A model generated the notes under the pieces. That model had not been told where the DNA came from and did no database searches. It worked only from the letters and a program-made list of their open reading frames with translations. A stretch of DNA of 64,000 nucleotides, taken from Chlorobiota bacterium (GTDB lineage: Bacteria > Bacteroidota > Bacteroidia > Bacteroidales > JAADJA01). The number at the start of each line of letters is the position of its first letter. Position 1 is the first letter of the stretch. The position numbers were made by a program, and so were the translations under genes. The stretch covers positions 21,891-85,890 of the forward strand of contig JAADJA010000091.1 in NCBI GenBank assembly GCA_013151015.1, read 5' to 3'. This document shows, piece after piece, positions 47,574-57,049 of the stretch.

Positions 47574-47891
47574 ATGAACGACTACAAAACAAAAGTTGAA
47601 TTCCAGTCAGGTAGGACACTTGACCAAAGTGAAATTGGTACGATTATCCTTCGTTTATCAAATGAAGATGGGATTTCAGACATTCGGATTGAACCGGATA
47701 CGGTCCAATTGGAATATCTTAACCATTTACACAGTTCTGCATCTGTTAAAGATGCTTTGGTAAGGGCCGGGTTCCCTTTTATTGCACAAAAAAAGAAACC
47801 GGGGATATTTAAGCGGTTTATTGAAGATCTCGCCCAACAAAACAAGAAAACCTATGGCAACAAACGGCTTGACTGCTGCAATACGGATTGA
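47574..47891 (+). CDS. Small protein ending in an LDCC motif (putative metal-binding)
   Basis: 105 aa, possibly a ferredoxin-like/HMA-like fold without the CxxC, with C-terminal GNKRLDCCNTD. I recall an LDCC-motif putative metal-binding family (unverified). Confidence 0.55.
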   Translation: MNDYKTKVEFQSGRTLDQSEIGTIILRLSNEDGISDIRIEPDTVQLEYLNHLHSSASVKDALVRAGFPFIAQKKKPGIFKRFIEDLAQQNKKTYGNKRLDCCNTD

Positions 47892-48009
47892 CCGGGGGAA
47901 AAGCTTCAAGTATCATTGATGCAACATAGAAACGCATAAATTATAACCCCTGCGCAGCTATGGCAAAGTAGGGCATAACAGATAACACATAACTCTTAAC
48001 ACGCAACTC

Positions 48010-48198
48010 ATGTGGTTTGGGATAATAATAATAACGGTAATCGTCGTTGGTTTTTTGGCTGTTTCGCTTTGGTTAAAGGAATCATATGAAAAAAAACACA
48101 ATATCGATTGCGAATTGGAGGAGGGGACACTTCCTGATAACGATTCATGCAGCCATTGCGGTATCAAAGATATTGCAAACTGTTCACATAATCAATAA
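48010..48198 (+). CDS. Small single-TM protein with Cys/His-rich tail
   Basis: 62 aa. TM helix WFGIIIITVIVVGFLAVSLW, then C..., CSHCG and CSH in the tail. Confidence 0.4.
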   Translation: MWFGIIIITVIVVGFLAVSLWLKESYEKKHNIDCELEEGTLPDNDSCSHCGIKDIANCSHNQ

Positions 48199-48209
48199 AA
48201 CACAGACCT

Positions 48210-48785
48210 ATGAAAACACATAAGAAAAGAAAAAACAGCGGGATTAAATGGATGACAATGCTTTTGCTTTTTGCAGGGTTTGGCTTCAACAGTGCCCTTG
48301 CACAAGGCCAGTTTTACCGGACGGCGACAGGAAGGCTTATCATCAAGGCCGACTTGAACGATGTGTCTGTTACAATCGAGTCAAAGGATTTGCTCATCCA
48401 GCTCGACTACGAAACGGGAAATGTTGTGATAAGACAGGAGATATCTGCCATGAAAGCTGATAACGATTCCATACAGAGCATGATAAAAAACAATGAAAAC
48501 GGATTTTTGAAATTTATCGGGAAGCTTGGGCTGGATTATGTGAACACAACGGACCATGCCCCGCTTGATTTTGGGGTGGAGGGCACATTGTTCCCCCAAA
48601 ACATACATGTTATAGGGACAGGGCATTTGGAACATATTGCCCAAAGGACAACAAGTGCATGCCTTTTGAGCCTGGAGTTTATTTTGGAATCCGGGGTATT
48701 GTTCCCCGAAAACCAAATACCGGGCCTCCACAAGAACATACATATTAAGGTAATACAGTCGCTATTGGCCACAGGTGGCGAATAG
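48210..48785 (+). CDS. Secreted hypothetical protein
   Basis: 191 aa with the signal peptide MTMLLLFAGFGFNSALAQ. I recognise no motif. Confidence 0.55.
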   Translation: MKTHKKRKNSGIKWMTMLLLFAGFGFNSALAQGQFYRTATGRLIIKADLNDVSVTIESKDLLIQLDYETGNVVIRQEISAMKADNDSIQSMIKNNENGFLKFIGKLGLDYVNTTDHAPLDFGVEGTLFPQNIHVIGTGHLEHIAQRTTSACLLSLEFILESGVLFPENQIPGLHKNIHIKVIQSLLATGGE

Positions 48786-48834
48786 TGCAAATAGGTAAAA
48801 CACATTTATTATTAACAATTTAAAAACTATCATT

Positions 48835-49251
48835 ATGAAAAAAAAATCAAAAAATTACTTACAAATTCTCGGTGTACTAATGTTCCTGGCTTTTTCGGCT
48901 CAGGCAATTGCCCAGGAAAAGAATAGCAATGAATGGGTCGCTCCTGAAGAAGCAAATAAAGTGGTGAACCCATTAAAGGGGAATGCAGAAGCAACGAAAG
49001 CAGGGAAAAAGCTATACAAACAGCAATGTGCGATTTGCCACGGCGATACGGGAAAAGGAGATGGTGTTGCAGGTATGTCGCTTACCCCAAAACCAACAAA
49101 TTTCACTTTGGAAAAAGTGCAAGCCGAAACAGATGGTGGAATATTTTGGAAACTGACCAATGGAAAAGCCCCAATGGCAGCTTATAAGGATATCCTTACG
49201 GAAGAGCAACGATGGCAATTGGTAAATTATATACGAACACTTTCAAAATAA
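48835..49251 (+). CDS. Monoheme c-type cytochrome
   Basis: Signal peptide, haem site CAICHG, a distal Met region (GKAPMAAY) and a class-I-like C-terminus (QRWQLVNYIRTL). Confidence 0.8.
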   Translation: MKKKSKNYLQILGVLMFLAFSAQAIAQEKNSNEWVAPEEANKVVNPLKGNAEATKAGKKLYKQQCAICHGDTGKGDGVAGMSLTPKPTNFTLEKVQAETDGGIFWKLTNGKAPMAAYKDILTEEQRWQLVNYIRTLSK

Positions 49252-49275
49252 CAATTAAATTCTAAATTTATCATC

Positions 49276-50442
49276 ATGAAAAAAATTTCAATCATAATAT
49301 GTGTGGGCCTCCTGATAATCGGGGGGACCGTTAATGCCCAGGAATCGAAACCAGCAAAAACACAATTTATGGTAAGGGGCTACGGCCATGCGGGAATGGA
49401 TTATTTGAAAACCGAACAGGGAAAAGATGTCAGTTATATAGGATCTGCATTTGCCCCCATTTTCTTGTTCAAACAAGGGAATCGGTTTATGTTTGAAACA
49501 GAGTTGGAATTTGAACTGCAGGATAACCAATTGGAAATTGGCCTGGAGTACGCCAACCTGATGTATGTGCTGAACAAATACGTGACGGTACGGGCTGGTA
49601 AGTTCTTGCTCCCTTTCGGTACGTTTATGGAACGCCTCCACCCTGCATGGATAAACCGGCTATCAACAAAACCCCTGGGTTTTGGTCATGATGGTATTTC
49701 GCCCGCTTCGGGGATAGGGATTGAACTAAGGGGGGCGGCGCCCATTGGCAGCACGACCATTAACTATTCGATCTATACCACAAATGGTCCACGCTTGAAA
49801 GACGGCAGCATTGAACCCGAAGAAGCGGGCATGCTCAATTTCGAGAATTACACGGACAACAATAACAACAAAGCCGTTGGAGGCAGGATAGGCTACTTGC
49901 CCCTTTCCAATTCCTCAATGGAGTTGGGTGTTTCTTATTATACCGGAAAAGTGGGCGACAAAGAATCGATTTATGAAGATGTAAGCGCCAACTTGTGGGC
50001 TTATGATTTTTCGTATGTGAAACAAATAAGTGCCTTAAAGGGTGTTGTGGATATCAAGGCCCAATACAACCAAACAAGTGTTTCTGATGCATACTACCTT
50101 GCAGCTGAAGAAACCCGTGATACCGCCACCGTTTTTACCTTCGATAATTATAGCAATGCATATTATGGGCAATTAAGTTACAGGCCGTCCATGGTGGGCA
50201 ACGGTTTTCTGAAGAACCTCGAATTCATTGGCAGGTACTCCCGCTTGCAGACCCCCGAAGGCGCTGGATGGGAATCGACCCAAACCGAAACAACCGTAGG
50301 TTTGAATTATTGGATCAGTTGGAGACAGGTCATTAAGATCAATTATGGTTTTATAACCAGTGAAGGAGGCCATGACGCCGAAGAAGGCGCAGGGGAACAA
50401 AAATCAAACTCACTATTCGTGCATTGGGCAATAGGCTTTTAA
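49276..50442 (+). CDS. Outer-membrane porin (phosphate-selective porin O/P-like)
   Basis: 388 aa with a signal peptide, beta-strand periodicity and a terminal ...FVHWAIGF. Confidence 0.65.
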   Translation: MKKISIIICVGLLIIGGTVNAQESKPAKTQFMVRGYGHAGMDYLKTEQGKDVSYIGSAFAPIFLFKQGNRFMFETELEFELQDNQLEIGLEYANLMYVLNKYVTVRAGKFLLPFGTFMERLHPAWINRLSTKPLGFGHDGISPASGIGIELRGAAPIGSTTINYSIYTTNGPRLKDGSIEPEEAGMLNFENYTDNNNNKAVGGRIGYLPLSNSSMELGVSYYTGKVGDKESIYEDVSANLWAYDFSYVKQISALKGVVDIKAQYNQTSVSDAYYLAAEETRDTATVFTFDNYSNAYYGQLSYRPSMVGNGFLKNLEFIGRYSRLQTPEGAGWESTQTETTVGLNYWISWRQVIKINYGFITSEGGHDAEEGAGEQKSNSLFVHWAIGF

Positions 50443-50502
50443 GGTCTGTGACCGATGTTGTATTTTGAAAGTTAACTGTAAACAAACATAAAATATAAAA
50501 TC

Positions 50503-50775
50503 ATGAAAAAGATATTTTTGATAAGCGTACTGGTGCTTTCGATTGCTGCCACAGCAGTCTTCACTAGTAGTTGTGCCACACAACGTGAACTATCCGCACA
50601 AAAAACAGGAGCAGAACTCTGGGCGCAAAACTGTATAAGGTGCCACAATATCCCATCTCCCGATGCCTATAACAACGATGATTGGGAAACCATTGGGCTC
50701 CATATGAAAATAAGGGCAAATATGACTTCCGAACAAGTCGATAAGATTATCGAGTTTATGAAGACGGCCAATTAA
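50503..50775 (+). CDS. Small lipoprotein c-type cytochrome
   Basis: 90 aa with lipobox FTSSC and haem site CIRCHN. Confidence 0.65.
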   Translation: MKKIFLISVLVLSIAATAVFTSSCATQRELSAQKTGAELWAQNCIRCHNIPSPDAYNNDDWETIGLHMKIRANMTSEQVDKIIEFMKTAN

Positions 50776-50797
50776 ACTAATTTAAATCAAATAAATC

Positions 50798-51139
50798 ATG
50801 AAATTAATAAAGGCTTATATCAGGCACAGAAAAGTTGATGATGTTTTTAAGGCATTGAGCGCAAATGGGTTTTGCTGTATGACGATGGTAGAATGTGAAG
50901 GTACCGGACAGTATTCCGATCACGAACGAAAACACATAAGCGACAAATACCCTTTTGCCGAAGCGTACCGGGTAATTAAACTTGAAATACTTGTGAGCAT
51001 TTCATCGGTTGAAAAAGTCATTGGCTTGATACGTGAATCCGGTCGGACCGGCTACCGGGGAGATGGGATGATTATCGTTTCGCCCGTTGACAATGTGCAT
51101 AAAGTAAGGACTGATGAATCCGGGATATATGCTATTTGA
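50798..51139 (+). CDS. P-II (GlnB-like) family protein with a divergent T-loop
   Basis: 113 aa. MKLIKAYIRHRKVDDVFKALS...RTGYRGDGMIIVSPVDNVHKVRTDESG aligns with P-II. The loop region GTGQYSDHERKHISDKYPF is atypical. Confidence 0.7.
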   Translation: MKLIKAYIRHRKVDDVFKALSANGFCCMTMVECEGTGQYSDHERKHISDKYPFAEAYRVIKLEILVSISSVEKVIGLIRESGRTGYRGDGMIIVSPVDNVHKVRTDESGIYAI

Positions 51140-51156
51140 TTTATATATACTGTCCC

Positions 51157-51296
51157 GTTTAGGATTTCGGGCATTTCAACAAGATAATTTTTTCTTTTAC
51201 AAAATTCAATAAGATAAGCATGGCCATGGTTGCGGTTCATTCTTTTAGTAGAAGAAAAAGGGGGAAAGTTGAAATTGATAAACCGAAATCCTAAAT
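51157..51296. repeat. 140-bp extended imperfect palindrome (MITE-like or large RNA hairpin)
   Basis: Arms: GTTTAGGATTTCGG/CCGAAATCCTAAAT, ATTTCAAC/GTTGAAAT, TTTTTCTTTTAC/GTAGAAGAAAAA. The central palindrome is CATGGCCATG (51219-51228). Confidence 0.6.
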
Positions 51297-51398
51297 GTGG
51301 TGGTATGGGTAGAGGATTTCCGAAAACCCGGATTATGTAACATGACTTTGTCATGAGAACTAAAAGTGCAATAAAACACAAATAGTGATTTTACCGAT

Positions 51399-52730
51399 AT
51401 GAAAGATTGCGATCAAAACAATTGTTACGAAAAAATGCGGATTTGTGTTCCTGACACCACACTCCCAAGGGTTGTGGTAGTAGGAGGCGGGTTTGCCGGT
51501 TTGTCTTTTGTGAAAAGGCTTAAGAACAAGCCGGTACAATTGATACTGATCGATAAAGGGAACCATCATCAGTTCCTGCCCTTGCTTTATCAGGTCGCCA
51601 CAAGCGGCATTGAGCCTGACAGTATTGTGTTCCCTTTTCGCAAGCTGTTCAGGGGCTACAAAAACTTGTTGTACCGCATGGCCGAAGTGAAGAGGGTGGA
51701 TGTGAGGATGAAAAAAGTGGAAACCGATATTGGGGAAATCGATTATGATTATCTGGTATTGGCCACTGGAAGTGTCACGAATTTCTTTGGCAACAGCGAA
51801 ATTGCGGAAATGGGCCTTGGCCTTAAATCCGTTACCGATGCGCTTGATATAAGGAGCCACCTTCTTCAAAACCTTGAAAAGGCCGCAATATCTTGCATCG
51901 AAGCCGAAAAGGAATCTTTGGGGAGTGTGGTTGTTGTGGGCGGAGGGCCAGCCGGTGTTGAAATGGCCGGTGCCTTGGCCGAATTCAAAAAGTATGTATT
52001 GCCCGAGGATTACCCGGAATTGAAAAACACAAATATGAACGTCTATCTTGTTGAGGCCTCAGATGGTTTATTGGGCGTTATGCCGGAAAGACTTTCGCAA
52101 AACACCTTGAAATACCTAAAAAGAATGGGCGTAAAGGTATTGTTGGACACAGTGGTTGAATCCTACGATGGTGAAATAGTGAAGTTGGGGAATTCGGGCA
52201 AAATACATGCCTCTGCACTGATCTGGACGGCCGGGATAAAGGGCGTGGCTCCTTCAGGGTTTGAAAATGATGTTAATAAGCAAGGGAGGATTGTCGTAAA
52301 CAACTTAAATGGCCTGATTGGTTTCGATGATGTTTACGCAATCGGGGATGTGGCTTTTATGGAGACCAGGAAATACCCAAAAGGTCATCCTATGGTTGCC
52401 CAGGTAGCGATTCAGCAAGGCAGGAAACTTGCGGATAACCTGTTGGCAATGATAAATGGAAAGCATGTCACCGGTTTTGGCTACAAAGATAAAGGTTCGA
52501 TGGCCACCATTGGGAAGAAAAAAGCCGTTGCGAATATTTATAACCTGAATGTGTCTGGTTTTGCTGCATGGTTGATTTGGTCTTTCATCCATTTGATGAG
52601 TATCGTTGGGGTGCGCAACAGGATGTTGATCGGTTTTAACTGGATGTGGAGTTATTTGTCCTACGACAAAGGCGACAGGGTTATCATCCGGAAATATGAA
52701 CCGGGCACAAAAATGAAATACAATGAATAG
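51399..52730 (+). CDS. ndh: Type II NADH dehydrogenase (NDH-2) / FAD-dependent pyridine nucleotide-disulfide oxidoreductase
   Basis: VVVVGGGFAGL, VVVVGGGPAGVEMAGAL, AIGDVA and a C-terminal membrane-anchor helix. The start could instead be the internal Met at 51435. Confidence 0.85.
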   Translation: MKDCDQNNCYEKMRICVPDTTLPRVVVVGGGFAGLSFVKRLKNKPVQLILIDKGNHHQFLPLLYQVATSGIEPDSIVFPFRKLFRGYKNLLYRMAEVKRVDVRMKKVETDIGEIDYDYLVLATGSVTNFFGNSEIAEMGLGLKSVTDALDIRSHLLQNLEKAAISCIEAEKESLGSVVVVGGGPAGVEMAGALAEFKKYVLPEDYPELKNTNMNVYLVEASDGLLGVMPERLSQNTLKYLKRMGVKVLLDTVVESYDGEIVKLGNSGKIHASALIWTAGIKGVAPSGFENDVNKQGRIVVNNLNGLIGFDDVYAIGDVAFMETRKYPKGHPMVAQVAIQQGRKLADNLLAMINGKHVTGFGYKDKGSMATIGKKKAVANIYNLNVSGFAAWLIWSFIHLMSIVGVRNRMLIGFNWMWSYLSYDKGDRVIIRKYEPGTKMKYNE

Positions 52731-52950
52731 AACAATAATATTGGGCTTTATCCCTGGATTGTCCGCCAATGTTTGGTGGATTTTGGCCATAGTGTTTTTT
52801 ATCTTGGTCATAAGTTCATGGATGATTCCCAGGATGTGCCAACCAGAAAACAGGACCAGGGAAAGATCAAGGCTTGATATTTTAAGGAAGAGATACATAA
52901 GGGGCGAAATTTCAAAGGATATGTTCCTGGAAACATTGAAAGACATTTAA
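52723..52950 (+). CDS. SHOCT-domain small membrane protein
   Basis: 75 aa with a TM helix and C-terminal LDILRKRYIRGEISKDMFLETLKDI (SHOCT). It overlaps ndh by 8 nt (ATGAATAG). Confidence 0.6.
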   Translation: MNRTIILGFIPGLSANVWWILAIVFFILVISSWMIPRMCQPENRTRERSRLDILRKRYIRGEISKDMFLETLKDI

Positions 52951-52985
52951 CAAAAATTCTACTTAACTTATAAATTATAAAAGCT

Positions 52986-55610
52986 ATGGAACCTAAAATC
53001 AATAAGTATTATTGCCCCATGAAATGCGAGGGCGAAAAACAATATGATGCACCCGGTAGTTGCCCGGTCTGCAATATGCACCTGGTTATCGTTGGGAGCG
53101 AAAAAGAGAACACCGATCACGGCCATACTGGTAATCACAAGCACCAAGAGCATCAAATGCACAGTGGACATGAAAAATATTATTGCGCTATGAAATGTGA
53201 GGGCGACAAGCAATACGATGCCCCCGGGAAATGCCCTGTCTGCAATATGGAACTCCTTGTTGTGGGAAATGGCAAAGCAGAAAGCGGCCACGTCCACCAC
53301 GATCATGGGGAACACAACCACCATGACCATGGGAAACATGACCATGGGAAACATGACCACCATGGCCATGGGGACAGCAAGAAAGCATCTGGGACCTATT
53401 ATTGTCCAATGCGATGTGAAGGCGACAAAACCTATGAGCAGGCAGGTGATTGCCCAGAGTGCGGGATGCACCTTGTAAAAGAGGCCAGTGCGGTTCCTTC
53501 CGGGACTATCTATTCCTGCTCCATGCACCCCGAAATAAAACGGAACAAGCCGGGAAGCTGTCCAATTTGTGGCATGGAGCTGATCCCCGAAGCCGGTGAT
53601 ATAGAAAGTGAGGAGGAAAAGGCATATAAGAAAATGGCAAAGAAGTTCAAAGTGGCCATCCTATTATCTGTCCCCGTGCTTTTTATTGCCATGTCGGAAT
53701 ATATCCCATTTATTGATTTGGAAATAATTGCGCCCAAAAAAGTTTGGAACTGGATCGAATTTGTTTTGGCAACGCCCGTCTTGTTTTATTCAAGTTGGGT
53801 TTTCTTCAAAAGGGGCTGGAGTTCCATCATACGATGGACACCCAATATGTGGACCCTGATTTCAATTGGCGTTGGTGCGGCCTATATTTTTAGTGTCATT
53901 GCCCTGATATTGCCAGATTTATTCCCTCCGCAGTTTCAGGATGGAAACGGAAATGTCCATATTTATTTCGAGGCAGTGGCCGTTATCCTCACCCTTGTTA
54001 TCCTGGGTCAGGTTCTCGAACTACGTGCCCACAGCAAGACCAATTCGGCCATAAAGGCTCTGTTGGGCCTTGTCCCGCCGGTTGCCAGGATCATCCGAAA
54101 TGGCATGGAAGAGGAAATCCCTTTGGAAGAGGTAAGGCCTGGAAATATCCTGAAAGTTAAGCCTGGAGAGAAAATCCCCGTTGATGGGAAAATCAAGGAG
54201 GGCACTGCCGTAATTGATGAAGGCATGATCACCGGTGAACCCATCCCAGTTGAGAAAAGCAATGGCGACAAAGTGACCGCCGGGACCATAAATGGCAAGA
54301 CGGCATTTGAGATGGAAGCCGTTAAAGTGGGAAGTGATACCTTGTTGGCCCAGATAATCGAAATGGTCAATCAGGCAAGCCGTTCAAGGGCGCCCATTCA
54401 GAAACTGGCCGATGTGGTGGCAAAATACTTTGTGCAAATTGTTATTTCGGTCGCTATAATTACCTTTGCTGTTTGGGCAATCTGGGGACCTGAGCCAGCC
54501 TACGTTTATGCTTTTGTAAATGCCGTGGCGGTTTTGATCATAGCTTGTCCGTGCGCACTCGGGCTGGCAACGCCCATGTCCATCATGGTCGGGACCGGGA
54601 GGATGGCACAGGCCGGGGTTTTGGTAAAAGATGCACAGGCCATTGAGGAAATGAATAAAATAAACACCCTTATAATTGATAAAACCGGGACCATTACCGA
54701 AGGGAAGCCAAGCCTCAAGGAGTTTACTTCATTTGGGGAATTGAGCGATGAAGACATATTGCGCTATGCCGCTGCAGTGGATGCCGACAGCGAACACCCG
54801 ATTGCTGATGCCATTGTGAAAGGGGCAAAGGATAAGGGGGTTGGCATTTTTAAGGTTGAAGATTTTGAGTCTGTAACTGGAAAAGGTGTACAGGCCATGT
54901 ATAAAGGTGAAAAAGTAGGACTTGGCAACGATCGCCTGGTCGAATCGTTTTCCGCATCCATCTCAAGCGAAAACCGGGAATTGGTAAAAGCATGGCAAGC
55001 GATCGGACAAACGGTCATGTATCTTCTCCGCGGCAAAAAGGTGGAAGGGATTGTCAGTGTCGCAGATGCCATCAAACCAACCTCTGCCAAAGCAATTAAA
55101 GACCTGCAATCCATGGGGATTGAAGTTCATATGCTCACGGGCGACAACGAACTTACTGCAAAAGCGGTATCGGACTCATTGCACCTTGATGGCTTTCAGG
55201 CCAATTGCTTGCCGGATGATAAATACAGCAAAGTGAAAGAGCTCCAGGAGCAAGGCCATATAGTTGCGATGGCCGGCGATGGGATCAATGATGCACCCGC
55301 CCTGGCGCAAGCCAACGTGGGGATCGCCATGGGAACAGGTACTGATATAGCCATGCAAAGCGCGGAAATTACCTTGGTAAAAGGAAATCTTGACGGTATT
55401 GTGCGCGCCCGTGACCTAAGTGCGAAAGTGATGCGGAACATCAAACAAAACCTGTTTTTTGCATTTGTTTACAATGCACTTGGCGTACCGGTTGCCGCTG
55501 GGGTTCTTTTCCCGTTTTTTGGGATTTTGTTGAGCCCGGTAATCGCTGCCGCTGCCATGAGTTTTAGCTCTGTGTCCGTAATCTCGAACGCTTTGCGCTT
55601 AAGACGATAA
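52986..55610 (+). CDS. copA: Copper/silver-translocating P1B-type ATPase with four N-terminal heavy-metal-binding domains and a His-rich linker
   Basis: CPC (IIACPCALG), DKTGT, GDGINDAP, YN in TM7 and MSFSS in TM8. The N-terminus has 3 x YYCxMxCEGxKxYxxxGxCPxCxMxL plus CSMHPEIKRNKPGSCPICGMEL. The linker is HVHHDHGEHNHHDHGKHDHGKHDHHGHG. Confidence 0.95.
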   Translation: MEPKINKYYCPMKCEGEKQYDAPGSCPVCNMHLVIVGSEKENTDHGHTGNHKHQEHQMHSGHEKYYCAMKCEGDKQYDAPGKCPVCNMELLVVGNGKAESGHVHHDHGEHNHHDHGKHDHGKHDHHGHGDSKKASGTYYCPMRCEGDKTYEQAGDCPECGMHLVKEASAVPSGTIYSCSMHPEIKRNKPGSCPICGMELIPEAGDIESEEEKAYKKMAKKFKVAILLSVPVLFIAMSEYIPFIDLEIIAPKKVWNWIEFVLATPVLFYSSWVFFKRGWSSIIRWTPNMWTLISIGVGAAYIFSVIALILPDLFPPQFQDGNGNVHIYFEAVAVILTLVILGQVLELRAHSKTNSAIKALLGLVPPVARIIRNGMEEEIPLEEVRPGNILKVKPGEKIPVDGKIKEGTAVIDEGMITGEPIPVEKSNGDKVTAGTINGKTAFEMEAVKVGSDTLLAQIIEMVNQASRSRAPIQKLADVVAKYFVQIVISVAIITFAVWAIWGPEPAYVYAFVNAVAVLIIACPCALGLATPMSIMVGTGRMAQAGVLVKDAQAIEEMNKINTLIIDKTGTITEGKPSLKEFTSFGELSDEDILRYAAAVDADSEHPIADAIVKGAKDKGVGIFKVEDFESVTGKGVQAMYKGEKVGLGNDRLVESFSASISSENRELVKAWQAIGQTVMYLLRGKKVEGIVSVADAIKPTSAKAIKDLQSMGIEVHMLTGDNELTAKAVSDSLHLDGFQANCLPDDKYSKVKELQEQGHIVAMAGDGINDAPALAQANVGIAMGTGTDIAMQSAEITLVKGNLDGIVRARDLSAKVMRNIKQNLFFAFVYNALGVPVAAGVLFPFFGILLSPVIAAAAMSFSSVSVISNALRLRR

Positions 55611-55657
55611 TAAAAACCATTGGAATTAACATATTGTTTAATTAAAAACTTACCAAA

Positions 55658-56047
55658 ATGAATTATTATTTTAATAAAAAGTTTGCCGGGATCGAATTTG
55701 ACGAAGGCATCGAAATGGTAACCGAAGAACTTAAAAAAGAGGGTTTCGGTATATTAACGGAAGTTGATGTGAAAGCTACTTTCAAGAAAAAACTCGATAT
55801 TGATTTCAGGAAATATAAAATCCTGGGGGCTTGTAACCCACCGAGTGCTTTCAAGGCATTGAATGCCGAACATACGATCGGGTTGATGTTGCCTTGCAAT
55901 GTGGTGGTAGAGGAAGATGAGGACGGGTACATATCGATTTCGGCAATAAACCCACTTGCTACCATGCAGGCCGCCGATAACAAGGAACTCATTGAAGTGG
56001 CAAAGCATATCAGTGGAAAGCTTAAAAAAGTCATTGATGCACTTTAG
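55658..56047 (+). CDS. DUF302 domain-containing protein
   Basis: 129 aa. EGFGILTEVDVKATFKKKLDIDFRKYKILGACNP matches DUF302 as I recall it. Confidence 0.7.
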   Translation: MNYYFNKKFAGIEFDEGIEMVTEELKKEGFGILTEVDVKATFKKKLDIDFRKYKILGACNPPSAFKALNAEHTIGLMLPCNVVVEEDEDGYISISAINPLATMQAADNKELIEVAKHISGKLKKVIDAL

Positions 56048-56171
56048 GCTTTTTCCCTGAGTGGAAATTCTTATTGGTTCGGCTGTGCCCACCATTTAAA
56101 AAGCCGGGAAGGCCTGTCGAAGCTTGTATCAAAAAGGTTGAATACATAATTCCTTAACTTTTTTGACATTG

Positions 56172-56258
56172 GCCGGGACGGGCAGGAATATTCTATCGGA
56201 TTAATTTCAGCAGTATATGCCGGTCTTTAAGAATTTGTTGCAAAATCTTCGGTACTAA
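56172..56258. repeat. Second copy of a short intergenic repeat family shared with 9192-9313
   Basis: The core ATTTCAGCAGTATATGCCGGTCTTTAAGAATTTG (56204-56237) matches 9255-9288 at 29 of 34 positions without gaps. It is flanked by CCGGGACGGGCAGG and AAACAGCAAGGG, as in the other copy. Confidence 0.55.
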
Positions 56259-56377
56259 AACAGCAAGGGAATGATTAGTTTAGGGTTCCATGAACATTGG
56301 GATTGAATTTTTGTTGTTTTACTGCCCGGACTGTCGAATGAAAAAATGTCATTAGTATTCATCTTAATAAATAGTTT

Positions 56378-56986
56378 ATGAAAATCAGAAAATTTAAAGC
56401 AATTGCTTTAATAACAGTAGGCCTGTTTTTAATGGGCGCATGTGGAAACCCTTCACAAGAGGGGAATTCGGAAATGCATTCACATAATGAAAATGAAAAA
56501 GACCATGATGAAACCGGCGAAATGGGCGGCCATATGCACGGCGAAGGAATGGAGGATCATGTGCACGGTGAAGGAATGGAGGGTCACATGGAACATATGG
56601 GCGATGTGAGGACTTGGCTAAAGACCGAACTTGGTGACAAATATGACCAGGAGGTCCCTGCTTCAACGGATGAGGAAATCAAGGCGGGGAAAACCGTTTT
56701 TATGAAAGTTTGTCAATCATGTCATGGTGCATCGGGTAAAGGTGACGGCCCTGCAGCAGCAGGTCTCGATCCAAAACCCGCAGATTTTACCGATCCAAGC
56801 CATTCAAGGTATTATTCGGATATGGGCAGGCTTCATATTATCCAAAAAGGGATTAAGGGTTCCGTGATGGTTGGATGGGAAAACATCCTCAGCGAAACCG
56901 AAATCAATAATGTATATGCTTATGTCAGGTCGTTGCGTGGAGCAGGTGGAGATGATGGGCATGACGGTCACGACCACAGCCATTAA
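56378..56986 (+). CDS. Lipoprotein c-type cytochrome with His/Met/Glu-rich N-terminal region
   Basis: Lipobox LMGAC, HGEGMEDHVHGEGMEGHMEHMG, haem site CQSCHG and a C-terminal HDGHDHSH. Confidence 0.8.
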   Translation: MKIRKFKAIALITVGLFLMGACGNPSQEGNSEMHSHNENEKDHDETGEMGGHMHGEGMEDHVHGEGMEGHMEHMGDVRTWLKTELGDKYDQEVPASTDEEIKAGKTVFMKVCQSCHGASGKGDGPAAAGLDPKPADFTDPSHSRYYSDMGRLHIIQKGIKGSVMVGWENILSETEINNVYAYVRSLRGAGGDDGHDGHDHSH

Positions 56987-57049
56987 CAGGGATTGCAATT
57001 TGCAAAACGGAATAAAACAACATAAACAATCAATAAAAACAATTTGACA

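Noticed and set aside
52968-53528. 186-aa minus-strand ORF (and 53188..53409 -, 53197..53478 +) over the copA 5' region.
   Set aside because: These are artefacts of the repetitive His/Met-coding DNA. The plus-strand frame continues into an unambiguous P-type ATPase.
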